DNA of 64,000 nucleotides from Geosiphon pyriformis uo1. Taxonomy: Eukaryota > Fungi > Glomeromycota. A model generated the notes under the pieces. That model worked only from the letters and a program-made list of their open reading frames with translations, made no database searches and had not been told where the DNA came from. The stretch covers positions 1-64,000 of the forward strand of contig JAAOMT010000112.1 of the NCBI GenBank assembly GCA_016748015.1. Reading direction: 5' to 3'. Made by a program: the position numbers and the translations under genes. Position 1 is the stretch's first letter. Each line of letters starts with the position of its first letter. Shown piece after piece: positions 49,754 to 62,533 of this stretch.

Positions 49754-49994
49754 GAACAGAGGTGTATGTAAAGAAATAACTAAAGAGAACAGAAGGGAAT
49801 AAGGGAAAAGGAAAATATTTCTTTGACTACTCTATGCTCTTGTTGTGGTTAGGGGATTAACGAAAGAAAAAAGTTTTTGAATAGATTTTTGTGTTTTATT
49901 AACTATATATATATGTTTATTTTTTTTTCCTAAAAAGTTTGTCAATTATATATATATAAGATGAATATTTTATCAATATTTTTTTTAATAATAT

Positions 49995-50610
49995 TATTAT
50001 TAGGAGAAATTCAAGTTATTAATTAACATAAAATTATTTTTATAATTTTTATTATTAATTAGCATATATTATAATTTTAAATTATTATTTATTATTATAT
50101 TAAATTAACTAAATTATTATTTAATTCATAATTTAATTTATATAGAATACAAATATAACTAAATTATAATAATCAAATTATAAATTGATTAACTACTAAT
50201 TTTAATAACTTTTAGAATCTCTAAGTTTAAATTTGAAACAATTTTTTTAAACTTATTTTTATTTATTTTTTTATTTTTATTTTATTTTATTTATATTAGA
50301 TAACTTATAATTAAAATTTCTTAAAAAAAATTGACTTTATAAAAAAATAATTACATATTAATTAAAAAGCTTACAAATAAAGAATTTTTGTAAAAGAGTT
50401 AACTTTTATTATAAAGTAACTATATAAAATAATTAACATAAAATTGGTCATTTATTATAAGTTTATTAGTATATATAATCTAAAATATAAAGAAATATTT
50501 TAAAAGAAAAATTAATTTATTAAGAATTTATTAACTTTTATCAATATTAAAATTAATAGCAAAATAGCATTAATAATAACAAAAAAAAAGATAAAAAACT
50601 TTTGATAACA
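49995..50610 (+). mobile_element. Decayed, internally deleted solo LTR of the 20617-21590 family
   Basis: Start TATTATTAGG.GAAATT...TTATAATTTTTATTATTAATTAGCAT, twin hairpin motifs at ~50326-50425, end TTTGATAACA. Confidence 0.65.
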
Positions 50611-52696
50611 GTAAAATTAATGATTTAAAAAAAGATAAAAGAATATTTTTTTGAATATTTTTAAAGATAATTTTTTTTATATTTAAATTTTTTTTTGGTT
50701 ATGAATTTTTTGGTTTTCGAACTGGTTTTTTGTTTTAATAATTGGTTTTATAACTGGTTTTGTTTCTGGTTTTTTTATAAGTTTTTTTAGATTTTAATTC
50801 AAATTCTTTTTTATAATTTTCAAACTTTGTTTCAAATTTAAGTTAAAAAAAAACTTTTAGAATAATAACAAGTATTTATTTATAATTAGTATATTTTTCT
50901 AATTATATTGTTTAAGCTTTTCAATATAATTAAAAGTTTTCAGTATTTATAAAGTTAATTTGAATAATAATATGTTTTTTAATAAAATTTAAATCTTATT
51001 TTTTGCCAAAAAATAATAAAATTTGTTTTCTAATAAATAAATATATTGTTTTTTTACTAATTACATAATAGTTTTTTGGGTGTTTGAATAAATGTTCTTA
51101 ATTTTTGCTGGTTTTTTTTATGATTAATTTTTGGATTTTTATTAATATATTTTTTGGTGTTTTTTGTAAATATTAAGTAATTTTTATTAATGTATTATTT
51201 AATTTTATAATAAATTTATTGTAATATTAATATAATAAATAAGAGTGTTTTTAGTTAAACAATACTTTTTTAATAATTTAAAGTTACTTTATTATTATAA
51301 ATAAAAAGCATAACAAAATTTAATAATAATAAAATTAAAAGTTTTTGTTATTACTTTGGGTTTTTTTTTCTTAACAATAAACTATTACTAATTATTATTA
51401 TTTTTAATTTTTTTTCTTATAAAATTTACCAAATATTATGAAAATATTTTTATTTTGATTATAATTAGTTTCTTATAAATTTTTTAATTTTATTTATATA
51501 ATAATAATAATAATAATAATAATATAATACTTAATACTTTTTTGTTAATATTACAATATAAATTATTTTTTAAATTTTGATTATTATGTGTATTTATATA
51601 TTCTTTTTTAAAAACTAATCTAAAATTTATTTGCTGTTAATAAAGTTTTTTTTGAGACTATTTTTGCAATTGTTTAAAGTGTTTTTTTAATCTAAAAACA
51701 TAAAATATTAATAGTCTTTAATATTTTTTTAATTTTAATAATAAAACTTTTATTAATTATTAACAATATGAATAATTTTGATTAAAAATTACTCTTCTAA
51801 AAAATTTATTTAATTTTTAATAATTAAATAACACAAATAAGTTTTCTAATATTTTTAATTATAATAATTAGTTTTTAATATTATTTTTTATTTTTTTTGA
51901 TTAAATTTTTTTTAGATATTTATTTAAAAATAAAGATTAAATAATAATTAAAATAGAAAATTAAATTGTTGTTTTTTTTAATATTAAAATTATTATATAT
52001 ATATATGTTTGTAGTTTTATAAAAAAACATATTATAATTTTTTTTTTATATTTTAATATAATATTTATTGTTATTACAAAATAGTAATTGTTATTAATAT
52101 TATTTAGTAATTATTATTATATTAATTATTTTTTTAAGATTATTATTGTGTTATATTATAATTAAATAATTTATTTTATTTTATAACTCTTTACTAAATT
52201 TTTAAATTATAATAATATTTAAAAATACTATTATTATTATTATTAAAATACTTTTTGTGTTTTTAATAAAATATTTTGTTATATTAAAATTTGCTAATAT
52301 TTAATATGCTGTTATGTATTTTAGTTTTTTAATACAATTATAATTATTAATCAGTTTTAATAATAAAAAATAATATTAGAATTTTTTTTATTTAAAATAA
52401 AATTATTATTTTTTAAACAATTTTTTTTCAGATTATACTGTTTTTAAAATTAGTAAATTGGTTTTTTAGATCTGTAATTATATTTGTTTTATTTTTTATT
52501 TTCTTAATTCTGTTAAATAATTAAAATATATAATTGTTATTTTCAGTTTTAAAAAAAACTAAAATTCAAAAATAAAAAATTTCTTTTTCTCTTACCTCTA
52601 AATAATCTTCAAAGAGTGCACTTTCTGAAAAAGAAGTTTTTTATTTTTTCTTGTTAAGTTTATATTAACATTTCTTTACCTAATAATCCCTTTGTC

Positions 52697-54571
52697 ATGA
52701 ATTTAAAGGCTGCTTCTAGCAGTGATATGTCTAAAAAAAAAGCATCTAAGGGCACTCTCTATGGTTCTGCTGATGGTTTTTTCTCCCAAAAGAAAAAGAT
52801 AGTTCTTGGTAATGTTAAACATTCAGGTAATGAAAGAGATATTTCTCTAGTCAAACTTGGTTCTAGTGGCATGTACTCAGACATGGATAGTGAGTCTAGT
52901 TGTGGTAAAGACAATATGATTTTGGAGGGTGTCAATAATGGGTCTCTCTTAGACTTGGCAGCTACTACTTCTAAAGCAAAAAGAGTGGATTCCAACATGG
53001 TCTTTGGGTCCCTTCTTGGCTCCCCCAATTATGATATGAATAAAAAAGTGGAACTTCTCCTACTTCCTCTTGATATATCTTTGGAAAAGAAATGGATAAA
53101 TCCTAAAATTGTGAAAACTTCTGTGGAAGTTTCTGTTAGGAAGTTTTTTGCTTTGGATATCAATTTTTTAGCAGTGGAGGACAAATTTGCTACAGCAAAG
53201 ACCCAGTTTATCAGGAAAATTTTTTCAACAGTCAATGATTTTGGGGAGGCCACCACTCCCTTAAAATTTGAAAAGATCATCTGATCAATATTTACTTCTG
53301 AGAAAAGCTTGATTAAGACTATATTATTGGCCAGAAAGAAGGGGATTATCATAAACAGTGATCTCAAGAAACAAGGAATTTGTTCAGATTGGGCCATAGT
53401 AATCAAAGAAATTCTTATGGATATGTCAAAGAAAATAATTATTACCACAGTATTTGAGTTTGGTAATATTAAGTCAATTAAAATTCAGCTGATTGGAATG
53501 TGGCAGAAGGCTGTGGTAGAATTCACTGAATTGGAACAGGCAAAACAACTGGCATCAAGATGGTCATTTTTCATTGGAAAAGATTCAGTACATGTGACTA
53601 TGACTGTGGGAGATTGTGATACTTGGATGTCTAGAGATCACTTCAGGGCATTTTTGTTTACTTTGCCAGTGGGAACAACAGTTCATGATCTTAGTACTCT
53701 TTTAGAAGAAGCTGATGAGAAAACTTGTGTAATCAATCATTCTTTAGAGACTGGAAACCAGATCCATTGTGCCATTGTTGGTTTTGAGTCTGAAAATAAG
53801 CTTGATTTTGCATTTTACACAGAACCAATTTTTGGTGGCATAAAACTTTCTTGGGCTAGGTTGGACTTGGTTCAGTGTGAGAAGTGTGGGAGGTTTGGAC
53901 ACTCAGCTTTAGAATGTAATGCTTCTGACACTTTGGTGTCTGCTCTATCTAAAAAGTCCTATAAAAGAACTGCTTCTGACAAGAATCATGTTTGGTTGGC
54001 TAGGTTGTATGCCAAAAAAAATGTTTTTATTTCTTGCCCCACTGCTTTTGGTGGCAAATCTTGGGCTCAAATAGTTTCTTCTGCCTTTTCTTCTGGTGGT
54101 CTTTTATTCGAGTCTGGTTTTGGTTCTGGTTCTTTTTCTTCTGGTGCCTCAAGTATGGGTGGTGGTTTTCCTCTTGCTCTAACCAACAATTCATTTTTAA
54201 ATGCTTGTTTGTTGTCTTTGGAATGCTCCTTAGAGCTCTTGAGTGATCAGATGTCTGGTATTTTGCACAAACTCAACAGCATAGAATTGGTGTCTTTAGT
54301 TTTTCCATCTTCTTCTAACAGTCTAGTTACATTGATAAATGTTAAATTGGATTCAAATTCAGATATAGTCTTGGAAAGTTTTGTAGTGGTGCCTGCGCCT
54401 CTCTCTGTTGTTTCAGTTCTAAGACCCAGCAGCTCAAAGATTTTGATGACTAAGGTGGGCTGTTTGGAGTCCAAGTTGGTGGCTTTTGAGGCCTCTATTG
54501 GTTCAGTTTTGGTGAAGTTAGATCAGTTGTGTGCTAGCTTGGGTTTTTAAGTATCTTCTGCTTTTTAATAA
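52697..54571 (+). pseudogene. LINE ORF1 of copy E
   Basis: ORFs 52697-53284 and 53309-54550 in frame; homologous to the other ORF1s. Confidence 0.85.
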
Positions 54572-57500
54572 GTGACTTGATTTGGAAATTTACTATGTGC
54601 AATGTTAAAAGCCTTAATGTTCTAGCAAAGCAGGATAATATTATATGGTGGCACATAAGTTTGGGTAACATGGTTTCCTTTATTACTGAAACTAAATTAA
54701 GGTCTAGCATAAGACCATAGATTATAAAAAAATTTGATGGTATGCGGATATTCACTTTTGAGCTAGAGAAGAGTTTTCTAGGAGCTGGTGTGACAGTTAT
54801 TATGAATAAATGTCTGGCTTGGCACATTTTTAAGGTGGAAGAGATTTCTAGGTGAGTCATTTTGATTAGACTTTTTTTTAAGAACAAGATCTCAATATTC
54901 ATTGTGAGCTTGTATGCTAGTACCTCTACTGAATCAAAATTTAGTCAAGCTTCAGTTGTCAATTCTCTCATTGCCAAAGCAGTCAATTCTAGCATGTTTG
55001 TGGTTTTGAATGGGAATTTCAATAAAAACAGGAAAGGGAAGAGTGTGAATGTCAAGTTTTGTTCTGATTTGGGTCTGGTAAATTCATTTGTTGGCCATAT
55101 ACTGATCAAAGCTTCTACATGATCCAACTCACAAGAGATTAAAAGAACTATTGACTTTATCTTTATTAGTTGCAATTTATCTTCCACTGTTGTTGGCCAC
55201 AAGATCAGCTCTGTTGTGGAATTTTTTAACACTGATTATTGGGCAGTTTTGGTCTTGATTGGGTTGGGAGGTCTTGTGGATTCTGATTTAAATAGTTTAT
55301 ATAAGCAAGCCAATAGAAACAAGTGGAAGTTTAGGATTAAGGATGCTGATGCTGGTAAAGGGCTACATTTCAGAGAGTACTTGTTTGATAGGTTTGCTAT
55401 AGTTTTGCCTAAATTCAACCTGGCAAAGGACCTTGGGAATTTGGATACAATGTGAAATATTTTAAGAAAGGCTGTGTTGATGTCAGCTGATAAAATTTTC
55501 TTCAAATATTGGTTCAGTGACTTTGAGTGTATGAAGAACAAATATTCTTCCAAGTTTTTTAGGTTAGAACTTCTGGTGGCAAAGATTGTGAAGAGTCTGA
55601 GTTTGGGTTGCACTGTAAACTTTGCTCACTTTTTACACACTTGGTCTGGTCTTGATGAAACAGAAGCTTCCGAGTTCGAAACCCTGATTAATAACAATGT
55701 TGGGACCGAAGTAGCTCTTCAGCACTTGACAGGTATAAGAAAAAGATACTGCAAATCCAAGTATTATGAATTCAGAATAGCAAGAGACAACTTCATTAGA
55801 AAAACAATTGACAAACATATAGAGAACCTTAACTCTGATAAAAGATGCATGATTCGGAGTGTATTAGACTGGCCAGTTCGAAAAGTAGTGTTTAATTATC
55901 TGATAATAAATGATAATTTGATCCTGGATCCTCGTGACATTAAGTCAAACATTGATATGATTATAGAAGAATGGATGAGAAAATGTATGGTGCCCGAAGT
56001 TCTATCAGACCACTGGTTGATTCAATATGCTCCCTTAGCTTATATTGACTCTAGTGTCTTTACAGGTGTTATGAGTGATTTCAGTTTAGATAAGTTGCTG
56101 GTAGTGGTCAATGATCTACTGAATGGCAAAACAACTGAACTTTCTGGTATAACCAATAAACTGTGAAAACATTGCAATAAGAGAGTTTTGAGTGGTTTAT
56201 TAGAAATTTGCAACATGTGTCTAACTTTGATGATGGTTCCTACACTATGGAAGAAAGCCTGGGTTTCCATGATACCCAAACCATATGAATGGGAAGGTAC
56301 TTAACTAACACAAGACCTATTGCTCTAATCAAGACTGCTTACAAAGTGCTATCTAAGCTGCTCTCAGATAGGATTTCTTTAGCATATAGCAAGTTTGATG
56401 TTTTTCAAGGTGACAACTTCTCAGTTTTGAGAGGCATGTCTACTCTTTCTCCGATTTTTGCTGTTGGCTTAGTGGTTGAAGATGCTCTGGAAAAGGGCAG
56501 AGAAGTGTGGTTAGTGCTGCAAGACATGTGAAAAACATATGACTCTGTTAAATGGCATTACTTAAAAAATAGTCTGAACAGGATCAAAATGTGTCCTTGT
56601 TTTGTTAAGTTTTTTGAAAATATTTACAATGGTCAGGTAAACCATGTTATGACAGATTTTGGGTTGATGTCAGGGTACACAATTCATGATAGACTTGATC
56701 AGAAAGAAGTTTTTTCTCTGTTATTGTGGAAGATCTTTTATGATTCTTTGCTTTGTAAGGTCAAAAAATTTGGATATGCATATGACTATAAGATAGAATT
56801 CAGGTTCTTTACATGCACTGGCAAACCAGATTTTGGGTCTAACAAGATGTCTTTTATGGCTGTTGAAGCCTTTGTGGACAATACAATTTGGATTGGAAAC
56901 AGTTTGACTGCTACTCAGAGTATTTTAAATATTGCTAGTGAGTTTTTTTGTGTCAATAACATTTCGATCAATGCAGATAAGACAGTGGCTATACCAATCA
57001 ACAAAAAGATTGTCAATTCTTGGCTGGTAATCAGTGAGTCAAGCATTACAATAGCAAAAAAATGTGAAACTCATAGATACTTAGACATTTTTTTGTCAAC
57101 TGAAGGACTTTTTCACCCTAGTATTGCTAAGGCACATTTGAACTTGAAGTTTTTTATGAACTTGGTTTTGAGAAAAGTGGTTTCTGATAAACAATTTCTT
57201 TATTTGGTTTCTGCTGTTTTACAGTCTATCATTAGTTATAGACTCCAATTTAGTCATGTTCCTATTAGTGTGTATGAAAAATGGGACAAGTTGTTGAGAA
57301 AAGGTCTGAAACTCAAGACTAACCTGCCTAAATATTTCCCCACAGAGGCTTTTTATCACCCAGATTTATATAACATGGTGTCCTTCAGACAGCTCCTAGC
57401 CGAAAATTTACTGGCCAATTTTGTGTCCTTTGTCAATTTTGTGGATGTACTTGGTGACTTGTTCAAACACCATGCAATGGATCTGCAGGCCATTAGTTGG

Positions 57501-59255
57501 CTGCCCTAAAACCCTTTCAATTTTCCGATGACACTCCCAGGCAATCCTGTGAACTGTTTTTTAACTGGCGTAATGAACACACTTTCATTATGTGGCCTGT
57601 TCTTAGGAAGTAGTGCGACTAACATATTTTGTGTGAGCAGTGGAGTTGCTGCTGCTGATGTCTTTGGACTGGATGTTTACATGAAGGTGGTAGGTTTGTT
57701 AAGAAGATTTGGGATAATCTATGTGAACCAGCTGTTGGACCGTCGAGGCAGATATTTTATATGGAATACATTTTGTAGATAGAAAAGATTGAATCCTAGG
57801 GGACCAACTCCTGGTTGGTTCATCTCTCTTGTAAAATTTATTGAGTCTGGTGGTCTGGTTGGTAGTAGTGACTCATCATATTTTCCCTCTTCCAAATTTT
57901 TCTCATACAACACTAGTTATATTAGAGATTGTCTAAAACAAGTGAGTTCTGATGTTATATCTATTTATACCAATAGTTTGGTTAAAGATTTTGGTTCCTC
58001 TGGTGCTAGTGATGGCACTGCTGCTTATTTTCCTAGTGCTGACATTAGTGTTGATGTTAGAGTTCTCAGTTTACTGTCTTTAACACTTGTAGAAATGCAG
58101 ACAATCACTCTGGCCTTGGATTGTGTCCCTAGTCATAGCTTAGTAGTGTTGTTTACTGATAGTCAGGCTTTATTGGACTTATGTGTAACAACCTTAGAAA
58201 GCACTAGACCAGATTTCAGAAAAAAATGCTGAATGAAGTGTGAGTTTATTTGTGAAACTATTTTGTCAAAAAATCTTTTAGTTATATGGAATAAGATAAA
58301 AGACCATGTTGGTGTTGTTGGCAATAAGCGTGCTAACTTTTTTGCCAGTGCTGCTACTAGTTCTAGTTTCATTCTTTCTGTCAAAATGTCACATCATTTT
58401 TTTAGCATAAAAGGCAGACTTTTTTCTGGCAACGCTTGTCATATGGCCAGGAGACTTTATGAAGCTGTCAATTTTATTAGGTGGAAATTCAAGTACACAA
58501 GTGACATGGTTGATGAATCTCTTAGCAGCCTGATAAACAAGTATTATACTTTCAACGTATGGCACACAGATGGTTGGATTAGGTCTGGTTACATGAATTC
58601 TACTTTTGCAATGCTCCATTTGTATTTTATAAAGGCTTTGTATTATCAGTTGCTTGTGGCCAAAAGAAAAAGATTATATAATCTGGATTATTCTAGTGTA
58701 TTGTGCATTCATTGTAGACTTTTAGAAGATTCAGATCACATATTTGTTTGTGTTTCCAATGTCAACACTTATAATGACTTAATATTAAAAGCCATCACAG
58801 ATTGGACAATTTTGTTGGGTGTGCATACCACCTGTAGTGTAGTGGTTTGCTCACTTTGTGAGGCTGTGGACTTGGATTATCTGTATATGTCTTTGTCCAA
58901 AGATTTCATGTTTAAGGACTGGGTGGCTGAAACAAAGTGGTTTTTGGGGATTGAGTCAAATAATGGATCTTTGGTGGTTGATCTGATTTGTCATTTTGCT
59001 GAGAATCACAGATCTAGTATATGGCTGCCAAGGACCAAACTAAAAGCCCATTATAAAAAGCATGGTCTTTTGCCATACAATAGATCTATTGTCCCGTTAG
59101 TCATTGGTTTGTCTTTGGTTTGGTTCTGTGGCATGATTCATATCTTTGGGATTAAGTTAGGTATATATACATGTTTCAGTTTCCATCCTCATTTAAATAG
59201 TATGCAGTTTGGTTTTCTATGTGATTTCCTTGTGGCTGGTGTTCTTAATGTGTAG
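54568..59255 (+). pseudogene. LINE ORF2 of copy E
   Basis: Fragments with LNGNFN, NTRPIALI, AFVDNTIW, IYTNSL..DSQ, CIHCRLLEDSDHIFVC. Confidence 0.85.
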
Positions 59256-59469
59256 TGTTACCTTGACTGACTCGAGTAGCTGGTCATGTATAGAAAATGC
59301 ATGAGCCACACTTAATATAAGATCTGTTAGTTTTTATGTAATTAGGTAGTGGTTGGGCTGCACTCATTAAACCTAATAAAAAAAAAAAAAAACTTAGATA
59401 TAACAATTATTAAAATTCGTATTTTAAAAAAATATTATATTTAGTTTAAATTATTTAGTTATAAATTAT

Positions 59470-60140
59470 AAAATAATTTATTTATTTTTTAAATTTTTAT
59501 TTAAGTTTATTAATAATCTTAAAATTTTTAATTTTTAGTTTATTAATACTATATTAAGATTTTTATCTTATTGGTTTTTTTTGTTGTTATATTTTTGCTA
59601 TTTTTGTTATTATTATTATTAATTTTATATTAATTTTAGGTTAAATTTTTTGAAATCTTAAATTTTTAATTTAATTGTTTTTTGGTAAAAAAGTCTTAAA
59701 ATAAAAATTAATTTGTTTATAATAAATAGTATTATTAAAAATTTTGTTGTAAGTTTAACTAGTTTATTTAAAAACTTAATTATTTTTAAAATTAAATATA
59801 TTTTAATTAAATAGATATTATTAAGATAAATATTATTTTATTTTTTTTAAATAATTTAATTCTTAAATATTTGATATTATTATAATAAATAAATAATTTT
59901 AATATTAAAAATAAAAAAGAACTAAAAAGTTTTCATTATGATAAGAATAAAAAGGCTAGATTGTTTTAATAAACTTAATAAGTTAAATTTATTTTTAGTT
60001 CTTATTAATTCAATAAAATTTAATTTTAATTTGACTTATATATTTAATTATATATAGAAAATACATAAATTATATATAATTTAATATATTTAGCTTGTTA
60101 TATAATAATTAAGTTTTATAATTAAAAAATAAAATAAAAT
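59470..60140 (+). mobile_element. Extremely decayed retroposon relic ending in the family 3' UTR (possible third ORF1-only copy)
   Basis: 60030-60140 reads as an AT-converted 3' UTR (TTATATATAGAAAATACATAAATTATAT) plus A-tail; upstream only weakly alignable. Confidence 0.35.
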
Positions 60141-61631
60141 AAATTTTTATTATTTAAATTATTTTAAATTTTAAAAAATAATTATATTAAAATCTAAAAT
60201 ATTTTAAATAGATTTTAATAATATAAATAAAACAAAATTAAAATTTTTTTTAAATAATATTATAATAAACCAGTTTTTTGTTAATATTAAACTTTGATTT
60301 TTTATTTTATAATATTAATATTAATTATAATACTTAATTTTATTATAATTATAAACAGTAATTAATTGTTTATTTTAAACAATAACAAAAAAAAATATTA
60401 ATATATTATAAATTAAATTAGTTTTTAATTAATATTTATTGATTTTAAAAATAAATTAAATTATGTTTTTGTATATTATTTTGTTTAATTAAGTTATCTA
60501 ATCTTAAAAATTAATTTAATTAAATAATTAATTAAACTTGTTTTATTTTATATTATTAAATTTAAATAATATTTAAAAATATATAATTATTATTTTTTAA
60601 TTAAAAACTGATTTAGAAACAGTTATTATTATTTAAATTAATATATTAAAAAAGTATTGTATTTAATAAAAAAAAATTTATTTTAAGTATTAAAATTTAA
60701 ATTATATGGTTTCTAATTATAAAATATTTTTATAATATTTTTTAAGTCTTTTATTAATTTTAAGATTTTTAAATCTTGTTTTATTAAACCAAATTTTTAT
60801 GTTAAAATTGTTTTTTTTTTTGGTAGTTGTTTATTATATTAATAATTAAATTAAATTATATTTTATTAAAATAAAATAAAAATATATTTTTTTTATAATA
60901 TTTTTTTACTATTTATTTTAGTTTTAAAAAATAATTATGTATTTTTAACATACAATTAATTATTTTTATTGGTTCAAAAATAGTTGATAAAAAATTTATT
61001 AAAAAATAAAATAAAAAATAAAAAACAGATACAAAATTTTTATATTAAATTATTAATTTTTTCAATTATATTAATTTTTATTTAATTATATTTTTAAAAA
61101 TAACTGAATTAATAGATTATTTTTAAATTAAAGAAGAAATTGTAAATATGACAAATAAACATTTTATAAATTATAATTATATGATAAATAAGTATTATAT
61201 TGATTGCAATCTATTTAAATTTAAATTTTTAGTTTAAACTTTTTATTTTTTTTTATTTTTAAAGCTTTTTATTTATAACCAAATTTGTATACAATATATA
61301 ATTTATATGAAAATTTCATTATAGTTTTTGATAACCTCCTTTTAGAATAAAGCAAAAATGACATAATTAATTATAAAATTCACTCATTCAGGTCAAAATT
61401 ATGTAACCATTCATTTGGTTAGGTCAAAATTATGTAATAATTCATTTCCAAAATTGCGAGTCTTTGTTTCCTTTCATGTAGATTTTACACAAATGAACTC
61501 TTTTTCAATTTTATTTTCACGAGCAACTTGAATAAAAGTGACAGGCCATATTTCTTACTCAAATTCATTGACCTCATGGTAAAATGGATCTTTCTCAATC
61601 TTGTACTTCTTATCACAGGACTTAAAAATAA

Positions 61632-61930
61632 TGTTCGAACGGCAACAACATTAGCGATTATGTAAGTAGATATTCGAATGACAACACTATTGGCGATTAT
61701 ATAAGTAGATATTCGAATGACAACACTATTAGCGATTATATAAGTAGATATTCGAATGACAACACTATTAGCGATTATATAAGTAGATATTCGAATGACA
61801 ACACCATTAGCGATTATGTAAATAGATATTCGAATGACAACAACATTAGCGATTATGTAAGTAGATATTCGAATGACAACACTATTAGCGATTATGTAAG
61901 TAGATATTCGAACGACAACACCATTAGCGA
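61632..61930. repeat. 39-bp minisatellite, ~7.5 copies
   Basis: Unit ATTCGAATGACAACACTATTAGCGATTAT(A/G)TAAGTAGAT repeated head to tail without spacers. Confidence 0.95.
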
Positions 61931-62205
61931 AATTGCAGCTTTAAAACAACTAAGGGATATTTCGCTTTTTTGAAAGTGGGAAATTAATTTTGAAAAATCT
62001 TATAATTTCAATAATCCTTTATCATTTTAACTATAATATTGAGGAAAGAAATAAATTTCTTGAATGACATTAGTTCTCGTTAATTATGTTATTCGAATCA
62101 ATTTATCAATGCTGTTCAATGACGTTTTCTTTGGTAATATAGTGAGTGAGTGAGTGAGTGATTTATATTGGTCATGTATTAAGTTATGCCATTAATGATA
62201 ATAGG

Positions 62206-62213
62206 TATAAAAA
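62206..62213 (+). promoter_or_regulatory. Candidate TATA box for ORF 62300-62533
   Basis: TATAAAAA ~90 bp upstream of an ATG with an A-rich leader. Confidence 0.35.
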
Positions 62214-62299
62214 GGTCATCCTTTAACTCACGAAAAAATATAATTTTAACTGACGAAAAAAAGAAATTTATAAAAAATTTATAAATCTAAAAATCAATA

Positions 62300-62533
62300 A
62301 TGGCTAATAATAACCAATTAAATTCTATTAAGGGACCATATATTCCTTCAGAAACTGAAGTTTTAATCAAGAAGGCTCCAGAAATGCAGCGAATCGTTCC
62401 TCCTAATCGACCCATTGTCCAAGAAAATATCCCTTCGACCTACATCCTTAATGGGCAAAATATCAGCTTCAGACAACAAGAATTATTAACTGAGGATAGC
62501 TTTCACTATTCCTTCGCTCCTACCAATCCCTAA
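62300..62533 (+). CDS. Small hypothetical protein (77 aa), possible host gene or gene fragment
   Basis: True ATG with A at -3; locally higher GC with intact CpG; no similarity to TE proteins in this window. Confidence 0.35.
   Translation: MANNNQLNSIKGPYIPSETEVLIKKAPEMQRIVPPNRPIVQENIPSTYILNGQNISFRQQELLTEDSFHYSFAPTNP

Larger units (their letters stand above)
42500..49875 (-). mobile_element. LINE copy D, full length, least decayed, 14-bp TSD
   Basis: TTTGAATAGATTTT at 42486-42499 and 49876-49889; polyT ~42500-42511; ORF1 49753 to ~47800; ORF2 47801 to 42639; retains many CpG. Confidence 0.92.
52580..59392 (+). mobile_element. LINE copy E, full length
   Basis: 5' TTTCTTTTTCTCT motif; ORF1 52697-54571 (CEKCGRFGHSALEC); ORF2 ~54568-59255; 3' UTR; polyA 59378-59392. 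Confidence 0.9.

Noticed and set aside
12235-58619. Numerous antisense and alternate-frame ORFs over TE genes
   Set aside because: Shadow frames of LINE/Gypsy coding sequence with no independent motifs; they recur only because the sense strand is homologous
11882-59255. Alternative genetic code or stop readthrough (stops at Trp/Gln/Arg positions)
   Set aside because: TAG, TGA and TAA all occur and their positions differ among copies, as expected from C>T/G>A mutation
61632-61930. CRISPR-like array
   Set aside because: Units are contiguous with no unique spacers, there are no cas genes, and the context is eukaryotic
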